The notes under the pieces were generated by a model. The model worked only from the letters and a program-made list of their open reading frames with translations, was not told the origin of the DNA and made no database searches. Below, piece by piece: positions 11,203 to 22,644 of a stretch of 64,000 bases of DNA. Within the stretch, counting starts at the first letter, position 1, and every line of letters begins with the position of its first letter. The position numbers and the translations under genes were made by a program. This DNA is from an uncultured archaeon (GTDB lineage: Archaea; Thermoproteota; Bathyarchaeia; Bathyarchaeales; Bathycorpusculaceae): the NCBI GenBank assembly GCA_963782915.1, contig CAWALK010000018.1, positions 64,001 to 128,000 of the forward strand, given 5' to 3'.

Positions 11203-13056
11203 TCATTTCCTTTTGAACTTCCCCAAATCAGACAGAGGCGAATACTTTGAACCAATCATTTTATAGAGTACCCATTTTGCGCCAATTACATTTCCCAAAA
11301 AAATACCTTCCACCTTACGCAGATTATACTGATGACTCCAACGCATATACTTTAAACTATGAGCTACACGGAGCAAATCGGATTCAAATTTGCTAAGTAA
11401 TGAAAGCTGGGGTTCATCATGGTATAAGCGGTAAAATAGCAACTCGGCTTCAACAGCCCACAACAGATCGGTGCGGGGTGCCATGAAGTCTCGGCTTGAC
11501 GTTCTGCCATGAACGATATGATAAACTTTGACGTTTGGACTAAAAATCATGTTGAGCCCTCGTTTCCAGAGTTGCCAACCTAGAACCATTTCCCAAGCGC
11601 AACCCAAAATCCACTCACTACCCAAATCGATGCTTCTCAGGACATCACCCAAAACCGCCATCGATGGTCCTCTGAGTAGAGCTTTTGTTGCGCCGCGTTT
11701 TCGCCAGTAAGCATTGTTTCCTCGTTCATAGACTAAACCTGAGTTGGCAATGCAGTTCTTGTAGTCTTCAAGCCCTTTTAAAGGGTGACCGAAAAGGGCA
11801 AAATCGTAATGGGTAAAACCAGTTGGAGCTTCGTTTTCTTCGATGATTTGCATTCCGTGGCTGTTCATCAGAACTGGGAATGAGTCGCCTGTGACTCCTG
11901 CTACCTGTTGGGTTTGGAAGATTTTTACTGTTTCTTCTAGCCAGTCGTCGGCTGGGATGGCGTCGTCGTCAAGGAATGCTACTATGTCGCCTGTGGTGTG
12001 TTTTACTCCTAAAAAGTAGGCATCAACTATGTGGCCAGTGGTTTGCTGTACGGTTTTTATTTTCATTTTCGTTGATGCTTGTTTGAGCAGCTCTTCTGTG
12101 CCGTCGCCTGAAGGTTTCACTACAACCACTAAGTCGAAGTTGCGGTAGGTTTGGCGTTCAAACGCAGAAAGCAGATGAGGAAGTATGTCAGCCCGTTTAT
12201 ACGTTGGAATAACAACGGTAACCGAATAATCAGGCAGCTTCGCGTTGTTCTGTTCTTGATGCAATTTGTTGGTCCTCTGGTTTTTTATGTAATGGTCTTC
12301 GCCGTTTAGCCACTTGACTAAATCAAGGTATTTTTCGTATCTTCGGTTACGGGTTGAATCAAAAACATGCAGTTGTTTCTCGTAGTCTTGTATGAAAACG
12401 GTGCAGTTAGAATTCGGTTTAGGCTTCGAGGATAAAAACACCTTATGGGAATAGGGCAATTTTTCGAATCTTTCAAGGTGCTCTTCGCGGTATTCTTCGC
12501 CATCCGAGAACAATACAAAGAGGTTGTCACGGTTGAGGCGTTTAATTCTTCTAACCCATTTTTCTGTAGCTTCTGCTTCTGTCTTGTAATGCATGAAATG
12601 GATTTCTATATCGCCCAGAACACCGATGGGGTATCTGCGTTTGGTCAATTCATAGTGTTTATGTGCCATTTCATGGGTGGTTTCTTTTTTGAACGTCAAG
12701 GGCTGTTTTAGGTACCAATCCATGTTTTCTAGGAATTTGAGGTAGTCGTCTGGGTAAATGTAGGTCCAAATTGTGGGTGTGTTGTATGGTAGTCCAAATT
12801 TGTGGTATATTCCGCCGGCGAAGCAGTTGTTGCCTATTATGGAGAAAGTTTGGTTTTTGAGTTTTCTGCGGGGTATTTTTGAGAAGTATTTGTCGATGAA
12901 ATTCCATTTGATCGAGGATTCAATTTTGTCTTTGTTTAGTAAGTTGAAGAACGCTTGAATGGGCACTGATGATTCACCTACTAAAGGAATCTGCTGTGTT
13001 ATGACGCAATCATGGAACGTATCGGACTTCGCTGCCGCCGTTTGAATAAACAACAC
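11203..13056 (-). CDS. DUF1919 domain fused to GT2 glycosyltransferase
   Basis: FSIIGNNCFAGGIYH...YPIGVLGDIEIHFMHY (DUF1919), then VVIPTYKR and FLDDD; start uncertain. Confidence 0.75.
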   Translation of the reverse strand: MLFIQTAAAKSDTFHDCVITQQIPLVGESSVPIQAFFNLLNKDKIESSIKWNFIDKYFSKIPRRKLKNQTFSIIGNNCFAGGIYHKFGLPYNTPTIWTYIYPDDYLKFLENMDWYLKQPLTFKKETTHEMAHKHYELTKRRYPIGVLGDIEIHFMHYKTEAEATEKWVRRIKRLNRDNLFVLFSDGEEYREEHLERFEKLPYSHKVFLSSKPKPNSNCTVFIQDYEKQLHVFDSTRNRRYEKYLDLVKWLNGEDHYIKNQRTNKLHQEQNNAKLPDYSVTVVIPTYKRADILPHLLSAFERQTYRNFDLVVVVKPSGDGTEELLKQASTKMKIKTVQQTTGHIVDAYFLGVKHTTGDIVAFLDDDAIPADDWLEETVKIFQTQQVAGVTGDSFPVLMNSHGMQIIEENEAPTGFTHYDFALFGHPLKGLEDYKNCIANSGLVYERGNNAYWRKRGATKALLRGPSMAVLGDVLRSIDLGSEWILGCAWEMVLGWQLWKRGLNMIFSPNVKVYHIVHGRTSSRDFMAPRTDLLWAVEAELLFYRLYHDEPQLSLLSKFESDLLRVAHSLKYMRWSHQYNLRKVEGIFLGNVIGAKWVLYKMIGSKYSPLSDLGKFKRK

Positions 13057-15112
13057 TAGTTTGGTTAACTAACAACGGGATTGAGCCATTGGACGACAAA
13101 TTATCATATTCAATAGTGATATAACTCAAGAACACAAATTCTCCCGAATGAAGGGGGTTCTCGGTTGAAAGTCCCGTTACATAACCACGATAAATTAGGC
13201 CATACGCAGGTACTGCCGAGTAGAGAGCATTGTCTGCTGCAAGATTATATTCATAAGGTACATATTTCGCGACCCACTGCACTCCAGAAACGCTAAACGG
13301 CTCCATAGCCCCATAGTAACCATACAATTGTACTGGGCTCATTCGGTAGCCGCTAAGCGGTACAGACCAACTCTCCGTCCCAGCAACTTCATATACAAAG
13401 TTTGTTTGGAACAAAAAGTACGGAACCAGCACAGCAACCGCGAGTACAATAAACATCAATTCTTTTTTGCGTTTGAAGAGAAATCCCGAAATCATCCATA
13501 TACCGATTGCGCAGAAGGGTGCCAGAATCATTAGCAGTATGTGATAGAACCGCGTCATGGATAGGGCGTTGGCGAGGCCGGGAACAAGTGTTAGCATTAT
13601 GAGGAGAATGACAGTTAAGATGCTAAAGACTATGTAGTCGCGTTCGAATTTGAAGGGAAGCTTTTTTCTAAATAAAGCGATGACTCCGATGACGATGAAT
13701 ATCTCGGTTAGATAGGCAAAGCCTCGGCTTATGGTGTTTAAGAATGATGGTGACTCGGTGAGTCCTAAACCTGCAAGGACAGTTGTTCCTCTTGAGGCAG
13801 GGTTGAAGAATTCGCCTAATTGAGCCGATATGTAGCCAGTGAACGACATGAAGCTTTCAAAGACAACAGCCCCTGAAGTGAAGATGTACCAAACAAACAT
13901 TGCCACAAAGAAGAAGATAATCAGGCTTAACTGCAAATTGAAGCTGGGCCGTTTCAAATAAAATGTGGATGCTGCCCAAGCGGCGAAAATCAGGAATAGA
14001 AAGATTTCTGCTAGGGCGTAATGGCTGAATACTAAGCCGAAGCTTAAGACGGCGAATGTTACGAATTTGCCTTCTCGTTTGATGTTTTTGTTGAGAAGCG
14101 TCAGCAAGAGCAGAACAAAGAATAATTCGCCTATCATTTGGCGGTTTAAGGCGAGCATTTCTGTGAAGAAGGTGGATTGTGCCATGAAGACGAAGGCTGC
14201 GATGAAGCTTAGTTTTTTGCCGATGTAGGGCTGCCAAAGCAGATACAACCCCACAGGAACCAACGCGAAAATCAGTGGATAAATAATTTTGAATACCCAA
14301 GTTGGATCGATGCCAAGCATGTTTGAGTAGACAGTGGGTAGGATGGTGATGCTTAGCATTGCGTTGTATCTGCCGTATCCCTCATCTGTGGGAAAAGCAA
14401 AAACTGGATTCCAATGTGCGCTCTGTTGGGCATTCTGGAACACGAACATTTCAACTGGGGAATCGCCGCCAAAAGGCAAAATATAGTTGGATACCAGTGA
14501 AACATGCATGAGCAGTGCAATGGCTATCATGAGGATAGCGAACGCGTAGCTTTTTGTTGATCGCTCTTTGGCGATGCCTACGGTGAATAAACCTGCAATC
14601 CCCAGAATCATAACTAAAAGGATGATGTTGTTGCCGGTGGCATCGACGAAGAATGCGCCGATGATGCTTAAAACTGGAATAAGCGCAAATAGTAGCATGG
14701 AGCGGCTGAAATTGATGTTTTTAGCTGGTAGAGAGGTTTTTCGGCGGCCTTGTCTTAGGTACGCTGCGGCGGCACCGACGATGATAAGGGTGTTTATGAA
14801 CAATGAGAGCGGCAGAGTTGCGAGTGGGAAAGTTATCCCAGCTAAGTAGCCGAATTGGTTTATGACTAATCCTGCAAGCATCAAAAAGGCTACGCTAAAC
14901 CCAGCTGAGTAGATGATTGATTCGACTAGGCTGAGGTTGTCGAGTTTTAAAATTTTAATCAGTATAAAGCCTGGAACAAAAGTTAGGTATGCGATGCCTA
15001 TGGCTGCTCGGGCGAGTGGAAAATCCAGAAAAAGCGTCACGTACATTATGATTTGCAGAGCTACCACTATGGGTAAGAAATTTTGGGAGATGTATTGCTG
15101 ATTAATATTCAT
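13010..15112 (-). CDS. DUF2206 multi-pass membrane protein (candidate polysaccharide polymerase/GT-C)
   Basis: Many TM helices; NAMLSITILPTVYS, WVFKIIYP, RQMIGELF, SHYALA, VVYSNGGSEV. Confidence 0.8.
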   Translation of the reverse strand: MNINQQYISQNFLPIVVALQIIMYVTLFLDFPLARAAIGIAYLTFVPGFILIKILKLDNLSLVESIIYSAGFSVAFLMLAGLVINQFGYLAGITFPLATLPLSLFINTLIIVGAAAAYLRQGRRKTSLPAKNINFSRSMLLFALIPVLSIIGAFFVDATGNNIILLVMILGIAGLFTVGIAKERSTKSYAFAILMIAIALLMHVSLVSNYILPFGGDSPVEMFVFQNAQQSAHWNPVFAFPTDEGYGRYNAMLSITILPTVYSNMLGIDPTWVFKIIYPLIFALVPVGLYLLWQPYIGKKLSFIAAFVFMAQSTFFTEMLALNRQMIGELFFVLLLLTLLNKNIKREGKFVTFAVLSFGLVFSHYALAEIFLFLIFAAWAASTFYLKRPSFNLQLSLIIFFFVAMFVWYIFTSGAVVFESFMSFTGYISAQLGEFFNPASRGTTVLAGLGLTESPSFLNTISRGFAYLTEIFIVIGVIALFRKKLPFKFERDYIVFSILTVILLIMLTLVPGLANALSMTRFYHILLMILAPFCAIGIWMISGFLFKRKKELMFIVLAVAVLVPYFLFQTNFVYEVAGTESWSVPLSGYRMSPVQLYGYYGAMEPFSVSGVQWVAKYVPYEYNLAADNALYSAVPAYGLIYRGYVTGLSTENPLHSGEFVFLSYITIEYDNLSSNGSIPLLVNQTSVVYSNGGSEVRYVP

Positions 15113-15131
15113 CGATTCTTCGCCAACAAAA

Positions 15132-16323
15132 CTACTGTTTTATTACTGAACGGTAAATCTGCGACATTTTCGGTGCGACCGCACGTATATCATAGCCCTG
15201 CACGGTTTGAACGCCGTTAAATGCAATGTTTTCTCTTAGTGATCGGTCTTCTATGGCGCGTATTAGTTTGGCTGCTAAGTCATCGACGTTGTTGGGTTCA
15301 AAAAGCAACCCGCTGAATTCGTCGCTCACGGTTTCTTTTAGTACGCCAAATTTCGGGGCCACAACCGCGAGTCCAGAAGCCCAAGCCTCGAGGGTGGCGA
15401 TGTAGCCGAAGTTTGTGGCGACAAACACGTCGCTTTGCCAGAGATATTTTCTGACATCGGTTTGTTTGCCCGTCATGGTTACGGCGTCGTCAAGTTTGAG
15501 TTCGGATATCATCTGTTTTAGGGTTTCGAACATTCGTCCGTAGCCAACGATGGTTAATTTAGCGTTGGGTAATTGGTCATGGACTTTTTTGAACGCTTTA
15601 ACGACTAAATCGGGGGTCTGTACGGGTTCGAGTCGGCCTACATAGATAACAGTTACATCGTGGGGGATGTGCTGCGGTGGGGTTTTTGAAGTGGGGCGTA
15701 TCGACAAAGTTGGTTACGAGATGGCTTTTTTCGCCTAACCCCAATTTCTGCAGTGTGCCCAAAACTTCTTTGGAGTAAGTGGTGATTGCAGCGACGTCAT
15801 CTTCAAGGATGCTTCGCACTACGGGTGATTCGAGTGGCATGCCGCCATGCATTGGGTCCCCAACGTAGCCGCCATGCAAGGTAACAACCAGCGGCTTATG
15901 GAAATGTCGGCTTAGATAGATTCCTAAGTTGATGTATTCTAGGTCTCTCCATATGCCATGGATGTGGAAGGCGTCGGCGGTTTTGGCGACTTTCCAGTTT
16001 GCAGCTTCAGCGTATAGGGTTGCAAACTTCATTTTGTCTACGAGTTTAGGTGTTGAGCCAAGCGTGTACATGCAGAAGCCGTTGATTAAGTCAACTGCGT
16101 TTGGTCCTAGGCGATAGACTTTGAGGAAACCTGCGTCTTCATATTTTTTTATGTTTTTTGTTAAGAGTAAGATTTTGGTTCGTCCTGTGATCAGTGAGAA
16201 GTCGATGTCTTCTTTTTTTGCTAGGTAATTGGTTAACCATAGGATGTAGCGTTCTAAGCCGCCGATTTCGATGGGCCAGAATCGTTCCCAGACGTGACAG
16301 ACATGCAAAAATGGATACCTCAA
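15132..16323 (-). CDS. GT4 glycosyltransferase, frameshifted near 15680
   Basis: GGLERY, VVTLHG, YVGRL, LEAWASGLAVVA, GLLFEP. Confidence 0.85.
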
Positions 16324-16332
16324 AAAATGCTG

Positions 16333-16992
16333 TTATGCGACCCAAGCGATGTTTTCTTTAATGATTTTCGCTGGCACACCACCCACTAAACAGTGTGGCG
16401 GCACATCTTTTGTGACAATGGCGCCTGCAGCAACTACTGCACCGTCACCGATTTTTACGCCCTTCATAATTATTGCTCGGTTGCCGATGAATACGTGGCT
16501 GCCGATTTCGATGGGTGAAGCCATGACTGCGCCTTCCCGTGAGATTTGGTGGAAGTCGGTGTCGACGATTTCTACGTCCCATGCGATGCCAGTGTTGTCG
16601 CCTATCTTAAGGCTGGTTGTAGCTATGAGGGTCGTGTTGGAGTTGATGCAAACGTTTTTTCCAAGTTCCACGTTGGCGTTTTTGAAGATTTCCAGTATTA
16701 CGCCGCCGCCTATGCGGACGTTGCCGTTGATTTTGAGTTTGCTGTTCTCTCCCATGGCAAAGCGGGCTGGTTTAGTGGCTGGAAAAAAATCTTTAGCTAC
16801 CAAACCCAGTGTTAGGTAGCCGTTGTTTGTTATCTGCGCTGTTTTATGGATATGCAAAATTGTTTTGCCATCTATGAGTAGTGCGCGTGGTGAGGATTTG
16901 CAGACGTATACTCTGCCTCTTCGGTATACTGAATAACTCTTGTACAAAGTTCTTGGTCCGATTTTATAGATTTTTATCAAATTCAAATTCAA
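16333..16992 (-). CDS. Hexapeptide-repeat acyltransferase
   Basis: [28 protein letters not shown]. Confidence 0.85.
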   Translation of the reverse strand: MNLNLIKIYKIGPRTLYKSYSVYRRGRVYVCKSSPRALLIDGKTILHIHKTAQITNNGYLTLGLVAKDFFPATKPARFAMGENSKLKINGNVRIGGGVILEIFKNANVELGKNVCINSNTTLIATTSLKIGDNTGIAWDVEIVDTDFHQISREGAVMASPIEIGSHVFIGNRAIIMKGVKIGDGAVVAAGAIVTKDVPPHCLVGGVPAKIIKENIAWVA

Positions 16993-16994
16993 CT

Positions 16995-18116
16995 TTATGA
17001 TCTCCCAAAATACCCATTGAAGTAATCCATGAAATGTTCAGAGAAACTCTGAAGTGAAAACTTGGATGCAACCACTGTGCTTTCGTCACATTTCTTGGGT
17101 GACCAATCAGCGATTTCAGAGGTGATTTTTTGTGCTGCCTGCTCTATTGGGGTATAGCGGTTTTGTGCTGGAACGAATTCTCTCATGCCGCCTGAGTCAT
17201 GAACTATGGGGATGCAGCCAAACGCCATAGCTTCAACGATGGAGATGCCGAAGTGTTCCCCTTCCATAGTGTGCAGATAAATTTTTGCTCTTTTCAGCAA
17301 CTCAACTTTTTGTTGAGCAGAAGCATTAGGATAAAACTTGACCCTGTCTTCTAAATGGGATTTCTTAACTAACCCTTCTAGATAGGTGAGGGTAGGTTGG
17401 CTGCATAGGCGGCCGATTACTGCAAACTTTATGTCGCTGCTTGTTTGGGCAGCGATTTTTGGGATGCGTTCTAAAAGTTTGTTTGAGTCTAAACGTGAAA
17501 CCGTAACTACCAAGTTCTCGTCAGGATTTTTAGTTGCGTCTTTGCCCAATTCAGCTATGGTGGATGGGAACGGTGGATAGAGCACTTCGGCGGTTTTGTG
17601 TGAGTACCGTTGGATTTCTTTGGCTGTGTAGTGGCTGTTGGCTAAGACAAGGTGCTTATCGTAGTCGATGAGGTTTTTTTCTAGGATGACGTGTGGGAGG
17701 GTGCCTGCTTGGTTGATGCGTGGGCGGTTTAGGTATGGAAAGGTTGAGTTGAAGGCGAAACGGTTTAGGTATGGGAAGTGGATGTAGCTGATTTGTGTCC
17801 AGGGGTAGACGCAGTTTGAGAAGGCGTCGATGAAGGTGCTGCATTTGTTTTTGGCGATGTAGGAGTGGATTATGGTTTGGTAGAAGTCGCCTAGGCCGCG
17901 CGGGGTGAAGTTGGTGGGTTGCTGGAGGGTTTGGATTTTGGGGTGGAGGGTTTCTCCGAAGTAGTTTTTGATGGCTGTGGGGTTGATTTTGTCGCTTGAG
18001 AAGAGTACAACGTCATGGTTGTTCTGCGCGAGGGTGTTGGCGATGGCGATTGCGACGAATTCTCCGCCGCCATAAACGTTTAAGGTGGGGCAGAATACGC
18101 CGATTTTACCTGGCAT
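16995..18116 (-). CDS. GT4 glycosyltransferase, ALG11-like
   Basis: [49 protein letters not shown]. Confidence 0.8.
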   Translation of the reverse strand: MPGKIGVFCPTLNVYGGGEFVAIAIANTLAQNNHDVVLFSSDKINPTAIKNYFGETLHPKIQTLQQPTNFTPRGLGDFYQTIIHSYIAKNKCSTFIDAFSNCVYPWTQISYIHFPYLNRFAFNSTFPYLNRPRINQAGTLPHVILEKNLIDYDKHLVLANSHYTAKEIQRYSHKTAEVLYPPFPSTIAELGKDATKNPDENLVVTVSRLDSNKLLERIPKIAAQTSSDIKFAVIGRLCSQPTLTYLEGLVKKSHLEDRVKFYPNASAQQKVELLKRAKIYLHTMEGEHFGISIVEAMAFGCIPIVHDSGGMREFVPAQNRYTPIEQAAQKITSEIADWSPKKCDESTVVASKFSLQSFSEHFMDYFNGYFGRS

Positions 18117-18317
18117 TGATTAGTCGCCTGTGGGGATACAAAATAACCGTATTTTTGCTATTTCAACAAAATTGAGTTTTCCGCTTGGTTTTTGCCTGAA
18201 TTTGTAGGCATATTCCTTGCAAATTCACCTTCGCAAAGCGCATAACTCGCGTTTTCAAGAGCGTATAAGTATGATCCAGACTAAGTAGGTTTTCAAATTC
18301 AGGAAGAGAGAGAAAAA

Positions 18318-20001
18318 ATGAATATACAAACAATAGCAAACACATTGCACTCCCTAAATGCCAGGAAGCTTGCAAAGCCAATTGCTATAGCCATCACTGC
18401 ATTGTTTTTAATCAGTATGGTTTCAGCGCTTTCAGCAGGCACTGTAAAAGCAGCAACGACAACTTCTGCGTTGCACACTTCTGGATCCTACATCTTAGAC
18501 GCTAACGGAAACAGCGTCTACCTCCGCGGCATGGGAATGGCCGGATTCGCGCCAGACCTATTGATGTTTGGTCAAGGAGGAAGCGATAACTGGGGCAATC
18601 AATGGAACCCAGATACCAATGTTATGGACCAGACATTTGCAGCGATGCAATCTCAATGGCACATTAACATGATCCGCGTCTTCATTTACCCAAGCTGGTA
18701 CTACCGAGACAACATTGTTCCAGCACAAGAAGACCCAACAAACTACGGATCATACACTACTCCAATCAGCGTAAAAACTTACTTGAAAACTCTTAGCACA
18801 AGAAGCAGACAAATACGGAATCTACGTTGACATCGTACCATACATGCTAACACCATCAGCAAGCTCCTTTGGAAACGACAAATACGCAACCCCCAGCTTC
18901 GGTTGGCAAGGAATGCCAATGATGGGTTGGGATGAAGCAGGCACAAGATTCCTCAGCGAAGCAGGCTACGGAAGCAACGAACAAGGCTTCTGGAGCATGT
19001 TCTGGACTGACATGGCAAACAACCTCAAAGGCTATCCAAACGTAATCTTTGACGCATGGAATGAACCAAACGTGGGCAGCGACGTAGACATGATCCCAGC
19101 AGGATACATGACTTATCTACAAACAATGTACACAGCCGTCCGATCAACAGGCGCAACCAACTTAATCATGATGCAATGGCACATGGGCTGGTTCCCAAAC
19201 GGCTACGGTAACAGTCTAAGCTGGGTAAAACAAATCGACGACACAATCCACCCAACCAACATGGTATACACAACGCACCTCTACTACTATGCACCAACCG
19301 ACCTAAGCTCATACTGGGCAACAGACTACGCAGGACTCAAAACTCAATTACAAACAGGCATTGACAGCATGGGCATAGCCGCTCCATTGGTCATCAATGA
19401 AGAAGGCTCATGTCTATCGTACTCACAAAACAGACAAAGAGACGTAACATGGTGGACAAACCTACTACAAGCTCAACGTGACTTAAACATCGGCGCAGGC
19501 GCATACTACTGGCTTAGCGACGCAGGTTTAGGCCCAGTCTACGCGGGAGAGTCAATGCTTAGCAGTGGATACTCACCAAACGATATGGGACAAGCCTACA
19601 TCAACGCATACAAAGCAGGTTCAACTCAGGTCGAAACACCAGCAGCAACCGCAACTCCAACACCGACTGCAACTCCATCACCAACACCAGTCGCTACACC
19701 ATCACCGACACCAGCACCAACCGTTGCACCAACACCCGAACCAACAGCAACACCAGCACCAACACCGGTCGCAACCCCAACACCTACACCAGAACCAACA
19801 ACAACTCCAACACAGACCCCTGCACCAACAAGCACATCAACACCAACAAACGCTACAGCACCAACAACGCCAACCCAACCATCAACACCAGAACCAACAC
19901 CAGCACAGAGCGTCGATACAGTTCAAGGATTCTTCTACCGACACTGGTTTGTCTTCTACTGGCCACGATACAGCTCGTGGTTCGCTTTCAACCTCTGGTA
20001 A
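18318..20001 (+). CDS. Secreted GH5-like glycoside hydrolase with long PT linker and aromatic C-terminal tail; frameshifted near 18800
   Basis: Signal peptide; LHTSGSYILDANGNSVYLRG, NMIRV, WNEP (acid/base), HLY, INEEG (nucleophile). Confidence 0.85.
19636..19905 (+). repeat. Pro/Thr/Ala low-complexity coding repeat (ACA/CCA-rich)
   Basis: TPAATATPTPTATPSPTPVATPSPTPAP... Confidence 0.85.
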
Positions 20002-20050
20002 ATAGCAGTGTAAAAAACAATCAACCTTTCCTTTTTTATTTTTTTTATCG

Positions 20051-20954
20051 TTAATTTTGTTTTAGTTGTCCCTTCATGAAACCGAAGGTCCAAGCGGTAA
20101 GCTTCAATCCATAATGAAGCGGCAGAAGAAACATCTGTTTTTGTCCCAGAAACTTGTACGCCGGAAAAGAATACAATAGACCCGTTACTAAACCCGCGAT
20201 GGGTGACATTCTGGGGACTGAAAAGGCGCCTCGGGTTTTTTGGAAGCTTCTCTGGCAACCATAACCATACCAATAATATTTTTTCATTAATGCATGAGGG
20301 GTAGATAAGCCGCCGTGTAATTCGTAGAGTTCGGCGTTGTTAGCTTCAATGAGCCAACCAGCTTTTTTGATTCTTAAAACTAAATCGATATCTTCGCCTG
20401 CACCTTTGATGGTCTCGTCAAAACCGTGGACCTGCCTTATTGCTGTTATCCTGAAGGTTGTTCCGCCTGTGCCGATGAGTTTGTCCGTTTTTAAAAGATA
20501 ACGTTTGGGTTTGCCGTAGCTTTTTTGGTTAACGATGTTTGGGGCGACTTCGAGGTTGAGAATTAAGTTACCTTGGACTGTTTTGAATACGCCTGCGGTG
20601 ATGCCTACTTGTGGGTTGTTTTCCATAACTTCAACTTGGGTTTTAACGTAGTCACGTGTCAGTATTTCGTCGGCATCCACAAAGAGGAGGTATTTGCCGT
20701 CTGATTTGCTGACGATAAAGTTTCGGGCGCATCCCAGACCCTGCCAAGAGGATTTGAAAGCTCTTGCGCGGCCTGCCAAGCTCTTCAACATATTTTTTTA
20801 GTATTTGCGGGGTTTTGTCGGTGCTGCCATCGTCGACTATGATTAGTTGGATTTGGTTTTGGGGGTAGCTTTGGTTGAGTATGCTGTCGAGGGCGTTTGG
20901 GAGCATTTTTTCGCCGTTTTTAACGCAGATACCAACGGTGACGAGTGCACTCAT
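20051..20954 (-). CDS. GT2 glycosyltransferase, frameshifted near 20780
   Basis: VGICVKNG, VDDGSTD, FVDADE, AGEDIDL. Confidence 0.85.
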
Positions 20955-20982
20955 ATCATATCCTCAAAAGTCAAAGTTTGGT

Positions 20983-21453
20983 TTACTGGGTTTCTAGGGG
21001 TTTTAGGAATTTGATGGGTTTTGCTGGAATACCCACGGCTAAACAGTTATCAGGAATGTCTTGTGTGACGACGGCGCCGGCGCCGATAACAGAGTTTTCT
21101 CCGATGGTTACGCCTGGTAGGATCGTTACGTTGATGGATATTCGGGCGCCATTTTTGATGACGACTGGTTTTATTCCGCCTTCGCCTGCCTTAAAACCCC
21201 ACATCACATTCGAGTGGGATAGCACATAATCGTAGCCTGCGAGGATAACGTTGTCGCCGATGGTTATGTCTGGAAACATGACATCCATAAAGACGTGGCT
21301 ACCGAAAACAAATGGAGTGCCGATTTTGATGCCTGCCCACTGGTACATTTTTACTCTCATGCCTTGTGAGGGGGCGTTCATGCCCATGTAGCGGAGGAAC
21401 ATTTTAAGGAATGTTCGCATAGGATTTTTGTCTCGGTATTGTTTTGTTTTCAA
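20983..21453 (-). CDS. Hexapeptide-repeat acyltransferase
   Basis: ILPGVTIGENSVIGAGAVVTQDIP, GIPAKP. Confidence 0.85.
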   Translation of the reverse strand: MKTKQYRDKNPMRTFLKMFLRYMGMNAPSQGMRVKMYQWAGIKIGTPFVFGSHVFMDVMFPDITIGDNVILAGYDYVLSHSNVMWGFKAGEGGIKPVVIKNGARISINVTILPGVTIGENSVIGAGAVVTQDIPDNCLAVGIPAKPIKFLKPLETQ

Positions 21454-21468
21454 ATGATTACCTACATG

Positions 21469-22383
21469 TTAGTGGGTTTTATGTCCGTAACCGTTGAGGT
21501 GGGCATTACAGAAACCGACAAACCAAGCAAGTCGCTTGTATGTGTAATGTACTGGCAGTAGGAAGAACGATTTGTTATGTGTGAGTAAGTAGGCGCCTGG
21601 TGAACGTAGGATTCCAGCTATGAAGCCTCCTATGGGTGACATTTTTATTAGATTAAGCGAGTCGGGGTCTTTGTGGAAGATGTAGTGTGCGCCTTTGCCG
21701 TACCAGACATATTGTTTCCAAAGTGACTGCCAAGACGCCCGTGTGGATTCAGTGAACATTTCTTTGGTTACTGCTAATTCCCAGCCTTTTTGTCGGACTC
21801 GGTAAGCCATCTCTGTGTCTTCGGCTGCGCCGTTGATTTGGGTGTCAAAGCCTCCGACGCCTCTGACTGCTTCAACTCGGTAGATTGCGCCTTCAGCGCC
21901 GGGCAGATACCCAAATTTGAGGCGTTTGCGCGGTTGCCAAATACTGAGTCAACGGCGTAAACGATGTTTTCGAGGTCAGCTGCTAAGCCGTGGCCGATGT
22001 GGACGTTGTATTTGCCGCCTGCGATGCCAACGTTGGGGTGTTGTTCCATGTAGGCAACTTGGTTTTCGAGGTAATCGGGGGCGAGGGTCATGTCGGCGTC
22101 TAGCCAGATGATGTATTTGCCGCTGGCTTGCTGCACGACCATTTGGCGTGCGATGCCCAATCCACTGGTTTTCGTTGAGGATTTTTACTTGGCCGAATTC
22201 TGCTTTGAGGTTATCTTGGATTACTTGGACGGTGCCGTCTTGGCTGTTGCCGTCAACAACTAATAGCTCTGTGTTTTGGGCTGGAAAAGTTTGGTTACAC
22301 AGACTATCGATTGCGGTTTTGACCAGATCAGCGCCGTTTTTGACGCAGAAGCCAACGGTTACTGTGATAGGGTTAACTGTCAA
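21469..22383 (-). CDS. GT2 glycosyltransferase in three fragments; paralog of 20051-20954
   Basis: TTG start 22383 (MTVNPITVTVGFCVKNG), VDGNSQD, WLDADM, KQYVWYGKG. Confidence 0.8.
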
Positions 22384-22402
22384 GGGATTCAACCTAAATC
22401 TT

Positions 22403-22631
22403 TCTATATATAGGGGAGGGGGGTAGCTGGCAGAGCAACAAACCCGTGCGCTATAAACGCAAAACCTGATGAGTTCTCGGCACAACTGCCTAGACACCAG
22501 CAGGTTCTCACCAGCAGCCGCATAGAACATGAAGCCGCCAACAACCAACAAACGCCCACCATACGCCTATAATTTTCGTCAGCATTCATTGAGCCTATAT
22601 AAGAGGGGGATAGAGAAAAAATCGCACACAA
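22403..22631 (+). repeat. Dispersed bipartite element, copy 1: box A 22403-22441, 147-bp interior, box B 22589-22631
   Basis: A = TCTATATATAGGGGAGGGGGGTAGCTGGCAGAGCAACAA; B = TTGAGCCTATATAAGAGGGGGATAGAGAAAAAATCGCACACAA; near-identical boxes elsewhere in the window. Confidence 0.9.
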
Positions 22632-22644
22632 GAGCCAAAGCATG

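Noticed and set aside
19565-20005. Gln/His-rich ORF and antisense Val/Gly ORF
   Set aside because: Shadow frames of the Pro/Thr linker.
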